This document shows positions 40,449-52,159 of a stretch of 60,000 nt of DNA, piece after piece; position 1 is the first letter of the stretch; each line of letters starts with the position of its first letter. Source of the stretch: Callorhinchus milii (taxonomy: Eukaryota). Location of the stretch: contig NW_024704742.1 in assembly GCF_018977255.1 (NCBI RefSeq), positions 38,938,001 through 38,998,000 of the forward strand. Direction: 5' to 3'. The notes below the pieces were generated by a model. That model ran no database searches. It was not told where the DNA came from and saw only the letters and a program-made list of their open reading frames with translations. A program made the position numbers and the translations under genes.

Positions 40449-40975
40449 AATAATCCTTGCATTTGATATAGCACCTTATTGAAACATAGTCAAAACATCT
40501 CAAAGTGCTTCACAGGATTTACTGTAATCTAGTGACTGTAATTGTACGTGAATGTTGCAGTTAATTTGCACACAGCAGTGTCCCACAAGCAGTTATGAAG
40601 TGAATGACCAATTTTATTTGGCGGATTGTTGGCCAGGAGAACAGGAAAACCCCCATTTTCTTGAAATAGTGTCATGGGATCTTTAACATCCCACCGTTTT
40701 GCCCACAAAATACACAGTCAATCCACTTTACAGTATATCCTGTGAAGCACTTTGAGACATCTCAATGACGTGCTAAGGCACTATATCAAATGCAAGGATT
40801 ATTATTATATTATTATCCACTTGATCGGGCAGCCAGGACCTCAGTATAATGTTTCATCCAAACGCCAGCATTTCCAACAATGCAGCACTGCACTGGAATG
40901 TCAACCAAGACTGTGAGCTCAAAATCCTACATGGAGGTTGAACCCACAACTTGTGGTGAAGGGAGCTAGGTTGAC
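40449..40975 (-). mobile_element. Deu-type SINE containing an oppositely oriented SINE 3' fragment (~40695-40815)
   Basis: The host consensus resumes after a duplicated atcc(c)ac. Confidence 0.7.
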
Positions 40976-42063
40976 ACACATTTCTAAGTGTTAAGGTGCT
41001 ATCATATGTGAGTATTGGGGTATAATATGTGGGAATTTCTAACATGATTCCTTATTAAGAAAATTTGAAGTATGTCATGCTGACTCACACAACCTCCATT
41101 CTAGCTATCTACTTTGGGAAAAAAGTTCCTATGAGTCAGTGTGACTTACACGGATATGTTGAGAAGTTCCATTAGAAATTGCTGTATATTGGATTCCATT
41201 ATTAATAGTAAATTACTATGTAGTATTGTCATATACTCATCAGATTAATAGGGTCAGCAGCTCCCAGGCTGGTCCAAAGCTTTTAAACCTATGCACGTGC
41301 TGAGGAGCATTTCTGGTTCTTTCTTATCAGTAATCTCACGGCACCAGCCCAACAGTTAAGGAGATGTTACCCATGGAAGTACTGACATCCAGGGTTTTTC
41401 ACTGGAGGTAAATTATGTATTTACAAATGTAAAAAGTGTTTTCCTGAAGCTAGGAGAACGTACTTTGAACAGAAATCCCTCCCCTGGGAAATTCCTTCCC
41501 CTTTAATTCCACATTCCTGTCATTGTGATATATCATCAACACTTAGCATGAGTCTCGGATGATAAAACAACTGGATGATCATTATTAATCAGAATACATT
41601 CTACTTCTCACAGGAGGACTCTTGTTGATGGAGGTAGCTTGTGTTCATTTCTATGCCTATTTATAATCATCGTTTAAATAATCCATGACAACTGCTGGTG
41701 CCCAAATAGAAAGGGACCAAGAAAATTCAATTAAATTACCCAATAACTCCTCATTTTAAAATAAATAAATATAGGAATATTGGAATAGAAAACTAAAATC
41801 TCACTGAAGTTTAAATGGTAATTATAATCAATTGGAGCTTCACGTTTACCTGTGAGCCAACCAGCCAAACCTTTCAATGAGATTGCTACCTTTTAACCAG
41901 CCCTTGGCATTCAATTCTTTCACGAAGGTATAATAATGTTTGCATTTGATATAGCACCTTATCACGTTGTTGAGGTGTCTCAAAGCGCTTCATAGAATTT
42001 ATTGTAAAGTGAGTTGACTGTATATTTTATGTGCATTAAAAGACACAAAGTAGTGTAGTGGGG

Positions 42064-43626
42064 TGAAGAATGCATGGTGAGGAGAGGGTTTTCATTGAAA
42101 GCTAAAAATCTCAGAGGTCTCTAGTCATCTGGAGACTGGTGGCTTGTGATGGTGTGACATCGCTTCTCACAGACACTCTGCCTCTCGTGCTAGGCATGCT
42201 CAAACTCACAGTTCAGCATTCATCTATCCATTTGGAAGTTTTCCTTCTTTTTGTCCTCCTTCACCAGGGGAATCAAAGCCTGAAACTGCAGGTTCTTTCA
42301 ATATTCCACTGACCTTCATTGTTCACCGCTGATTTCTGAATCTGTGATGTCCAGGAAGCAGAGGTCAAGAGTGGGGGGCAAATACAAACTCCGCAGGTTT
42401 CCACTTCTCCGCCCCCAGTGAAAATAAAAACATCTTGAAAATTAATCTGAGTTTTTCAAACAACGCTTATTTTTCTTTTCATTTTTTGTTTTAATTCGCA
42501 GGTTAGTGAGATACTTTTTGATGGAATTGCAATTGTGAGATTCTGTGACTTTATATCAGTTTATGCTAACAGTTTGTTCATGATGAAATACTGTTGGATG
42601 CTTTACAAAAGTCAATACAGTTGAGACATAACACTCACAAACGGCAGACAATTTGCCCAGTTTTACTTCCTGCTTCCTGACTTCATACATTTCAATGGCA
42701 TTGACTGTGCTGATGATAAAAACAGCAGCAGGTGCATAAAGGCACAAGTTAAAAATCCAATGACTTAGGATTTCATATTACTTTTTTGTTTGAATATTGA
42801 GCAGTCCAACAGACACATCATTAAAAAGCAAGTGAACTCTGAAGGAAATAGGTTACTCTGCTTGTTAGATCCAAAGATATAGATTCACATTCAACACAAA
42901 ACATCTTTTTAGTTCTAATAAAGCTGCAGTATGTTGAAGGGGTCTGGAATGTCTGGTACAATCATTGCAATTGAAACTGTTTTCCCAAACCGCAGCTACT
43001 TAAAAAATAAAGTAAACCAAAATCTGGATAAGATCTAACTTTCTGCAGCTCAATGTTGACAGGACCAAGGCTCTCCTGCTTGGCTCCCATCAGCTCCTTC
43101 TCAACTTAGACGCTGACCGCATTGATCTGCACGGGATCTCAATTCACCTCATGCAGCTGGCGTGAAACCTTCAACCTCCATCTGTCCTTGAACTCTTACA
43201 TCTGGGCTTTCACTAGCTTTCCCTAATTTCTGCAAGCCCTCGTCCGCCACACCTCTCCCACAGGTTGCTTAGCCCCCATCTCACTTTCATCATCTCCGGC
43301 TCGATTACACCCGAGTACCCTGCTCGATGGACCCCCTATTCCTCCCTACAAAAGCGCAGACCATGATGAATTCTGCAGCCTTTGACATCTCCTTCACCCT
43401 GTTCTGTGAGCCCATCTCCCCTATCCTCACTTAGCTCGTCTGGTTTCTTATTCCCCCAACAGATCGAGTTTCAGATTCACATCCTCCCTCCTGTACTCCC
43501 TCCATTCGGCAAACACTAGCCTGCTTCATGTCCCTTGCCCCAACCCATCCACCAGCCTCCAGATGACTAGAGACCTCTGAGATTTTAGCTTTCAATTAAA
43601 TTCCTCTCCTCACCCTGCATTCTTCA
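42064..43626. repeat. ~80-bp inverted repeat pair (42064-42142 / 43549-43626)
   Basis: The arms are reverse complements with about six differences. Confidence 0.9.
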
Positions 43627-43857
43627 GGATCCCTGCCCTCTGGAACTCCATCCTGGAGACCCTAAGCCTTGTTCCTTCTCTCTTTGCCTTTGAAGTCTGC
43701 CTTAAGACTCATCTCTTTGACCATACTTTAGCCTTTACCCTCCACCTTCCCTGCTCAATCCTCCCCCCATCCCCCAGGTTCAGGAATTGTGTGAAGAGCT
43801 TTGAGATGACCTCCTGATACAAAAGGTGCTATATATATATGTAAATTGCTGTTGTTG
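43065..43857 (+). mobile_element. Old L2 3' fragment
   Basis: Degenerate SRLDY, NSAA and LWNSI motifs plus tail. Confidence 0.7.
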
Positions 43858-44535
43858 TAAAAAGCCAATCTAACAGAAAAAGGGCACTCATTGATATTAC
43901 CATGTATGAAACAAGTCAGACTAAGGAGTTATTAAAGATTTTTGATTTCCCTGATCTTCCTTCAGCCTGCCCTGATCTCTCTTCTTTTGGTACATACCTC
44001 TTTACACTGACCCTGTTTTTTCGTCTCTCAGTGTAGGTCCACTTTTTTCTCCTGTCTCATTTTCGGCCTACTTCAAACTATGGAGAGGCGGGGGTGTACG
44101 CCAGGGGAGGCGCCAGTTGTATACCTCTCAACAATCCCGGGTTTCATGGGACTAGCCCCGCATCCCAGCAAAGCTCTAGGCTGGAATCCTAGCAAATGTC
44201 TAGAATGACACTCCAGTGCAGTGCTGGGGGAGGGCATGCTGTACCAGGTGAAATATTAACCTGAAGTCTCATCTTCCTGTTTAGCTGGACGTTAAAGACA
44301 CCTACATGTTGTTCCGTTGCTCTGTTCAGAAAGAGGAGGGTGTTTCTCCCGGTATCCTGGACAACAATCCCTCAGATAAAATCTGGATATTCACTTCATG
44401 GCCATTCACTTCATGACAAGATATTGCTTTGTGAAAATTGTCTGCCACATAAAGTGTCACTCACTACACCTTACAGTAAATCCTGTGAAGCACTTTGAGA
44501 CATTTTAGCAATGTTTTGTCAATGTGATAGTGTTA

Positions 44536-44708
44536 CAGTAAACCTCACATACGTTGTATCAGTTGGGACCAAAGATTTGATATGACTTATGCAAAGTACG
44601 AGTTATGCGAACCTTGCATAAGTTATAGGAAATTCAATGGGACTTGGGCAGATGTAGAATTAGGCGATTATACGATGGATACAGATCAGACTTATGCAAG
44701 TTTTACTG
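44536..44708. mobile_element. Tc1/mariner (Tigger-like) MITE
   Basis: TA|CAGTAAACCTCACATA ... TATGCAAGTTTTACTG|TA, with internal repeats of ttatgc(a/g)a. Confidence 0.65.
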
Positions 44709-46219
44709 TATATGAAATTCAACGATTACTATGATAACAAAGGAAATCAGGAACAGGAAGAGAACATTCAGTCCATAAAGCTTATTCTACCAGTTTAGCA
44801 CATCATTGTAGATCGTTTAGTCTGATGTCCCACACTGTCACTACACCTCTTAGTATCTGTACTATTCAAATATCTGTTCATGTCTCTTTTAAACATCTTG
44901 TGTTGGAATAAAGCCCCAAATCCTGTGAGATCCATTTGCTTAGCTGTGGTGTACTTCACCTGACACAGGGAGCAGGTGAAGTCCGATGCTCTGTTTAAAA
45001 TTTTCCATTATTTTGAGGTATGCGTTGTTTTTTTGTGTAGGAATTAACATTTAATGTAAAAGTTGAGTTCATTTAATTTATTTGAGTGAAGACGTGCCCT
45101 ATGATTCCTTCCATTTGCTAAGTTCTACTGTATAACCATCTGCATTGAAATGTGCAGGAAATCATTCCTCCAGATGTTTACACGAGAAAATGTGCATACT
45201 TTAAAAAGTATAGAGAGGGCCCTTTGGGATTCAGAGAGTTAATGTGCTAAATTTTTTCAGTGTAATTATTATAATGCACCTTTAAAACTGCAATCTCACT
45301 TTCTCAAGAGTTTACATCTCAGTTTCAAGTTGCTTTCCTACACTCAAAAGCAAACGACTATTTTTACTGCAAGCAGTCTTGCTTGGAAACCACACATTGT
45401 GTGTACTCTGTCTTACTTTGACGCACATATGGAATATCACTTTTTACCATGAATATTATCACTAAGATGTAAAATAATTTGTGCAAAGAAATATGATATT
45501 CTAACAGATGCATTATCTTGGCTTTAGAATAGGCATACTGTGCTCTCCCATTGTCATGCTCTTATGTCTATAGTTCACTACCTTTCACTGCATTCTGTAG
45601 CCAGACAGCTACTGGTAGTTTTACACCATATTGTTCCAATTACTGTCTTTTTTATACGTCCGACTCTCCTGCGGTGTTTCTTTTACTTTGCTGCTTAAAA
45701 AGTCCCAAAGGCATATTTTTTTACTGTTGACATAAATCAGCTACTAAGAACTTAAAATTCTCCTCCAACTCTTCATATTTCCAACCATTAGAATGCCATC
45801 TCTAACTTACAGTTAATACTGTGTAGTAGCATATTTGTCTTCCTGCTGTCTGAACTAGAACAGACAGTGAGGTAGAAAGATGCACAGAGAGCTTTCTTGT
45901 TTGGGGAGAAGTGGGTCGGACTTTGCCATAATGTGCCTTTAGTGAGATATCATGATGTACTGCCAAATGGTATGTTAGCTCTTTCATATGATGTACCTGT
46001 TTTAGACTGGCTCTGTTTTGGATGTGTGATAGCTTACAGGCTAAGTGATATACCAACATTGCATATCTTTACATTTATAAATTCTAATCAATATATAAAA
46101 AACTGAGTAAATATTTACAGCAGTTGATCACAATACAACATACCTTTTTTGTGCATGTGTCTAAATCTAATCACAATTAATTTATTTGCTGTTTCTCAAT
46201 GTCACACTTCGAAAATCAT

Positions 46220-46600
46220 CATCCTTCGGATGAGATGTTAAACTGAGGTCCTATCTGCCTGTTCAGGTGGACGTTAAGATCCCGTGGCACTATTCAAAAA
46301 AAGAAGGGAGTTGCTCTCGGTGTCCTCGGGTCCTAATCCCTGACTGTTCAGTGCCTTGGGATATTCTCCCTACATGAAATGCCCTTTACAAATGTAATTT
46401 TGTATTGTATCCTGGTCAAGAATCCCCCAAATAAAATTGGTCACTCACTCCATGGCTGTTTGTGGGACTTTGCTGTGCACAGACTGGCTGGCGCATTTCA
46501 CACAGAAAATACACAGTCAATCCACTTTACAGTATATCTTACGAAGCGCTTTGAGACGTCTCAATGACTCTCTATCAAATGCAAGGATTATTATTATTAT
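46220..46600 (+). mobile_element. Deu-type SINE with a nested L2 3' tail (~46327-46407)
   Basis: Insertion flanked by tgtcct and tatcct. Confidence 0.75.
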
Positions 46601-47345
46601 AAGCTGTGTTTCTGAACGTAACGTTTTGCTTCAGTGTTCAGGTGTTTAGAATTTGAATTCTCGAGGGACGAGTATACAGGTATATTTTTATGTGACTTTT
46701 TATGACGTATTTATTACTAGTGTAAAAACACTCATTATTTTTAAATCGGAGCTTTTGGTGAGAAACTTGAAAGTAACATGATGACTCTAGCTCGTTAAAC
46801 TGGAGAAAACATGTTTAAAATTTTTTTAGTTCTCCCTAAAGTATTTTTTCATACAAGACCTACCAAAGGCTTACTATTTTGTTGGCATTGACATGGAGTC
46901 ACACTACTCAAAGCTTTTTGAAAAGTTTCACAAGATTTTTTTNGATAAAAATATACAAGTGGAGAGAGAATACTCATTGGACTTAGGATATTATGCTCAG
47001 GTGCAATGTGTACTGGTAGTGGCATGTGCCAATAAAGGCACTCCAGCACAGTAATGCCAGGCACCAGTGCAGATACTCCAGTCAGGTATTCCTCTGTAGT
47101 AATTCATTTTTTAATACATTATTAAAATTTAAAGTTGATATCAGCTTATCCTGAAGAACATTTTAACTGTCTAATCTTCAGTGTTTGCTGACAGCCTGTA
47201 GTTAAGAAATGAAATTCCAAAAGTGGATCACATGGGGGCAGTGATCCAGTGGGTTGGTGTAGAGTGATTCTGGTTACTGGAAGGGGTCTGTATTTTTGTA
47301 ACTGAAATTCCTTATCGAAGAATTCTGTTGAGAAATACTACATAG

Positions 47346-47521
47346 TGCCTTCAGCTCCCTTCTCGACTTTCTACCCCCTCCTCGCTCCCTCCCTTCCCTC
47401 CCCTCACCCTGACCGTTTCCCCCCTGTTCGGGTCTCGACCCAACTGTCCAGCGCCTTGGGACGTCCTCCCGACGTGAAAGGCGCTCTATAAATGAAATCT
47501 TGTTGTTGTTGTTGTTGTTGT
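47346..47521 (+). mobile_element. Young L2 3' end, heavily 5'-truncated
   Basis: Near-identical to 30184-30351. Confidence 0.9.
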
Positions 47522-48764
47522 AGTAGACTCCAATAAGTTTCTCGTTGCAATGCAGCCAAATCAACCCATAGAGTGAGGCAGCACAAAGTCTGAAACCGTG
47601 TAATCACACTGCTGGAAGAAGTAGTTCAGCATTTGTCATTTAACAAGAGCTGATTGTGACTGACAGGTTTTGTTTTGCTTAAGGTGCTAGGGCAAGGGAG
47701 AGGTTTTTGGTAACTGTTGACGGTAATGTTTTAGGATCTCCAGTTTCCGAATACTCCAGGTGCTGGATAACTAGCAGAGAGGCTGTTCACAACCTCTTAA
47801 ATGGGCCTCGGGTCTCTTCACATTTTGGATTCCAAGCCAGAACTGGCAGCTGAATATTGGATGGTATTTTTACTCAGCAGCTGGCAGCATCCTGATAACC
47901 TTGTCTGACAAATTCTTAGACACTCAGTCTAGCCTCTGTTACAAAGATCCAACAGTGGAAATTCTTAGATGTATATCCCCAAATAATGGGAGTGCAAGTG
48001 TTATAGTTTTTAGGGGAGGGGGGATTGAAGACAGTGCCAATCCAGGGAGACAAGTTTGTGCTCAGAGGAGGGTAATTTGATGTTTCAATGTGTCAATGCG
48101 CAGATGAATGTCATTTGTTAACAGGACATCACTCTAATGCAAAAGAATTGTATGGCAAACCTCTTTTCGTTTCCTCTGTGATGCAAACCATGCAGAAAGA
48201 AATCACTGATATCAACAGGGCCCACGATGCAAATGGTGTTTACTCCAGGAGATTCTCTCTGACGTGCAGGGTTCGTCTCGAACCTGAGATCTCATCAGCG
48301 CTGAAGTGACTCTGCATTGCTGTACTGGGCATTTCTTAGGTGCTGTGATAAAACTGTGAAGTGCATTTTCGATGCTGCTGTATTGTATATGGTAATGTCA
48401 CTTTGGTGAACATGCTGATTGGTTCTTCTATCTCCTTGAGGAAAGGCTTCCAAAATTCTTCTTCAAGAAGACAGTGCCTTTTTTAAAACTATGATGGAAG
48501 CTAAATTAGCCCTCAGTCCGAAGGTAATTTTGCAAATCACCAGGATATCAATTTAAATCTTGCTATTGACTGAACTCCTCCCTGACCAGTTATACTGCAC
48601 AGGTGACACATGGCACAGAGTAGCTGATATACAATCCAGTTTTTTCTCTTTTGTTGGTGTAGTTAACATAGCATTAAATACTTTTGTTGGGAGTCAACTC
48701 TAGTTATTCATTACTCTGTGGGGGGGGGGGGCGAAACTTTTTCCTCCAAACTCTAGCCTCAATT

Positions 48765-49908
48765 AAGGCTTGATTTAGTGTTAGCACTAGTGGCAGCCTG
48801 TATACAGAACTGGCTGGGACAGAAAGCAGAGAGCGGTGGTGAACGGTTATTTTTTTGACTGGAGGCAAGTGTGCAGTGGTGTACCCCAGGGGTTGATATT
48901 GGGACCACTGCTGTTTTTGATCTATATAAATGATCTGGACTTGAGTATAGCAAGTACAATTTCCAAGTTTGCAGATGATACTAAGCTAGGAAAAGTATTA
49001 AACAGTGAGGAGGATAGTAGCAGAGTGCAAAAGGACATAGACAGACTGGTAAAATGGGCAGACCCTTGGCAGATGAAGTTTAATGTGGATAAATTGCTTA
49101 TTATTATTATAAATGTGAAGTGATGCATTTTGTGAGGAAGAATGAGGAGAAGCAATATAAGCTGATGGTAGAATCTTAAAGGGGGTGAAGGAACAGAGAG
49201 ACCTGGGAGTTCATATAAGTGAATCTTATATTGAAGGCGGCAGGACAGGTAGATAAAGCTGTTAAAAAAGCATATGGGCTACTAGACTTTATAAATAGGG
49301 GCATAGAATACAAAAGTCAGGAAGTTATGATGAACCTTTATAAAACACTGGTTAGGCCTCAGCGAGACTACTGTGTTCAGTTCTGGGCACCACACTTTAG
49401 GAAGGATGTCAAGGCATTGGAGAGAGTGCAACGGAGATTTACCAGGATGGTACCAGGAAAGAGGGACTTCAGTTATCAGAAGAGGCTAGAGATGCTAGGA
49501 TTATTCTTCTTGGAACAGAGAGGTTAAGAGGAGACTTAATATAAGTTTTCAAAATTATGAGGGGATTCGATAAGGAAAATAAGGAGAAACTATTTCCACT
49601 GGTGGGTAGGTCGATGTAACCTGAAGACATCAATTTAAATCAGTTGTTAAAAGAACCAGAGGGAATGTGAGGAGAATTTTTTTCACACAGCAAGTTGTTG
49701 GGATTTGGAATGCGTTGCCTGAAAGGGTGGTGGAAGCTAATTCGATAACAACTTTTAAGAGAGAAGTAGATAATTATTTGGGGAGGACAAGTTTGCAGGG
49801 CAATGGGGAGAGAGTGGGGGAGTGGGACTGATTTGGATAGTTCTTTTCAAAGAGCCAGCACAGATATGATGGGCAGAATGGCCTTCTTCTATGCATTATA
49901 ATTCTATG
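48765..49908 (+). mobile_element. CR1 LINE 3' fragment with RT domain (subfamily A)
   Basis: ORFs 48836 (SGVPQGLILGPLLFLIYINDLD...KFADDTKL) and 49219 (YCVQFWAPHFRKDVKALERVQRRFTRM); attctatg tail. Confidence 0.95.
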
Positions 49909-50517
49909 TTTGTTTACCCATGTTTGCCTGCAATTGAATGCCCCTCCTCGTGGCTGGTTAGTGTCATTTTATGTTGCACTTGTAAGGGCAGGAGAACAAA
50001 ACAGAGATACATATAATGCAACAACAGAGAGAGAAAAGTGCAACTTGAAAATTAAAGCAAAAACAGCTCGTCTCTAAAGAGAGTTTTAAAGAGAGTTTAT
50101 TTATGCAACCATTTTTAACGCCTGGTAATTTTGTGCTATTTCTATATATTTTGTTTAACCATTTGCATTTTGTGCTGTAATTACGATATCTTTAGTAATT
50201 TATTAATTAATCTGTTATAATTGGAAAATCCTGAAGTGGTGAGGCTATTGATATTTTTGTCTACTAAGGAAGTGACTATTAAATGAAATTCCATCTTCCA
50301 TAAGAGCCTTTACTGAGCTACAACTACATACAGTATTTGTAAATTGAGCAAAATAGGAAATTATAAATGTACTTTGATACAATCTTTTTAAGCTAATTCA
50401 CTCCAAAATTTCCTTTAAGACTCTAAATGAAATGAAAATCCTATTTTATTTCACATTCTATAAAATCTAATTGGAAAGCACAACAATAGCTAAGTTAATG
50501 AACTGTGAATTATCTTC

Positions 50518-50664
50518 AACCACAACAACATTCCATTTATTGAGCGCCTTTCACGTCAGGAGGACGTCCCAAGGCGCTGTACAGTTGGGTCAGGACCCGA
50601 GCAATGGGGAAATGGTCAGGGTGAGGGGAGGGAAGGGAGGGAGCGAGGAGGGGGTAGAGAGTCG
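50518..50664 (-). mobile_element. Young L2 3' end
   Basis: Reverse complement of the 3' UTR at 30200-30350. Confidence 0.9.
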
Positions 50665-52121
50665 ATATACTCTATGTATATCAGACTTTATTGATATCAG
50701 GAACTCTCTTCTAAGTACACTTTGTCTTGCTACTTTGTTAAACCTCTTAAAATCTCATATTATTTCTTTGATCGAGCCTATTGATACCTCTAAATACCTC
50801 TCACTCTTTTTGTTAAACATTTTGTAGACTTTTAAAAAGGCAAATGGTACTGTATCAATCTAATTTGCTGCTTGCTAAATTGGACTGACATTGTGAGTGA
50901 ATATTGTGAGATTAGATGTGGAATGGGTACACTTTGAGGTATCCTCCTGGTGTGAAAGACACTGTATAAATGTATATTGTTCGTGTTGTATACTGCTCAA
51001 GGAAGTGTCTCACAAGACATTCTTGATTGTTTGAGCCCAATTCTAGATGACGTAGTGCAGAGTTGTTAAATGAAAGCCAACGTTTACACATAAAGATGAG
51101 GTAAAGAATATACTCTTTGATGGTTTTGGATTCCATTCTATTAAGTTTTGCCATGGATGTGGAGAGAACAGTTTGTACTATTAAGTAGGAAAACAATTGG
51201 TCAGTTGGGTGTCTGACACATGAAACCCATCACCATCCTTAAGAACCTCCAAACTAAAGTACTGAATGTTTCACATATTTATGGTTTCTATTTATTTGGT
51301 AAGGAGTGAACGCTCTCTATCTGGAGGGACAAAATTTGTTCATCTAAATTCCACACGATTTGGACAGGGGTTGGCAAGAGCCAATTTTTGGGAATGTCAG
51401 AGTGTGCCATAGGGATATTACTCGAGTTTAACCATAAAACTGTGCAGTTGATTAGTGTGAGCATTGTCTGGCTTCCAGCTCCATGTCCAGTTAGGATCAT
51501 CCTACCCATTACAGCTTTCATTTGCAGGGTTCACAGGAGCCAGTGGGAAGGATTCCAGCTCCAAATGATTGGTGTTTGTACAATGATATAGACCTTTAAT
51601 TCAGTTAGCAATTTACACCAAAAATACTCAGATTTTTTGTTGAATGTCGATCGGTAAAAAATGATTTTCTACAAACCCCTTTTCTGAGGCCAGTCTATAG
51701 AACTGTCAGTCCAGAGGAGAATGTTATTAGCGAGGTGTGGGAGGGGCGGAGCAGGATCATGGACTAGCCAATAAATTAATACCTGTACATCACTTGTCTG
51801 GATTGCTCAATGAGGTGTTAATTTGTACCTCACATGAAGCAATTTTCACCTCTTTGTTCTCAGAAGGAAAAGTTTCTAATAAAGAAATAATTAAAAGAGT
51901 ATTTCAGAAATCTGATACATAGAAAGACCTTTCTTCAAACTGATGTAGGGGGTCATTTCCGTAGCCTGACATGACCAAATTCGTGGAGCTGATTTACTTA
52001 CTTTGACCTGATTGTCTGACTCGCAGGGGCTGGTTTGGTGGCTGTTTCCTGTTTCAATGCTTCTGTTCTGTACCCGTGACTTTATTTGCTTCTTTTTGAC
52101 TGCTGCATGTTCTATGTTCAT

Positions 52122-52159
52122 GTTAACACATATTGTTCACGTTAACACATATTGTTCAC
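52122..52159. repeat. Perfect tandem duplication, 2 x 19 bp
   Basis: gttaacacatattgttcac twice. Confidence 0.85.

Noticed and set aside
40827..40844. GGGCAGCCAGGACCTCAG encodes exactly GQPGPQ, the missing exon peptide
   Set aside because: There is no AG before it or GT after it, and it lies within the antisense Deu-SINE body (caggcagacgggacctc consensus). Likely coincidence.
51528..51553. Collagen-like (G)FTGASGKD after a tttgcag acceptor
   Set aside because: It needs phase 1 but the upstream exon ends in phase 0; there is no donor and a stop follows.
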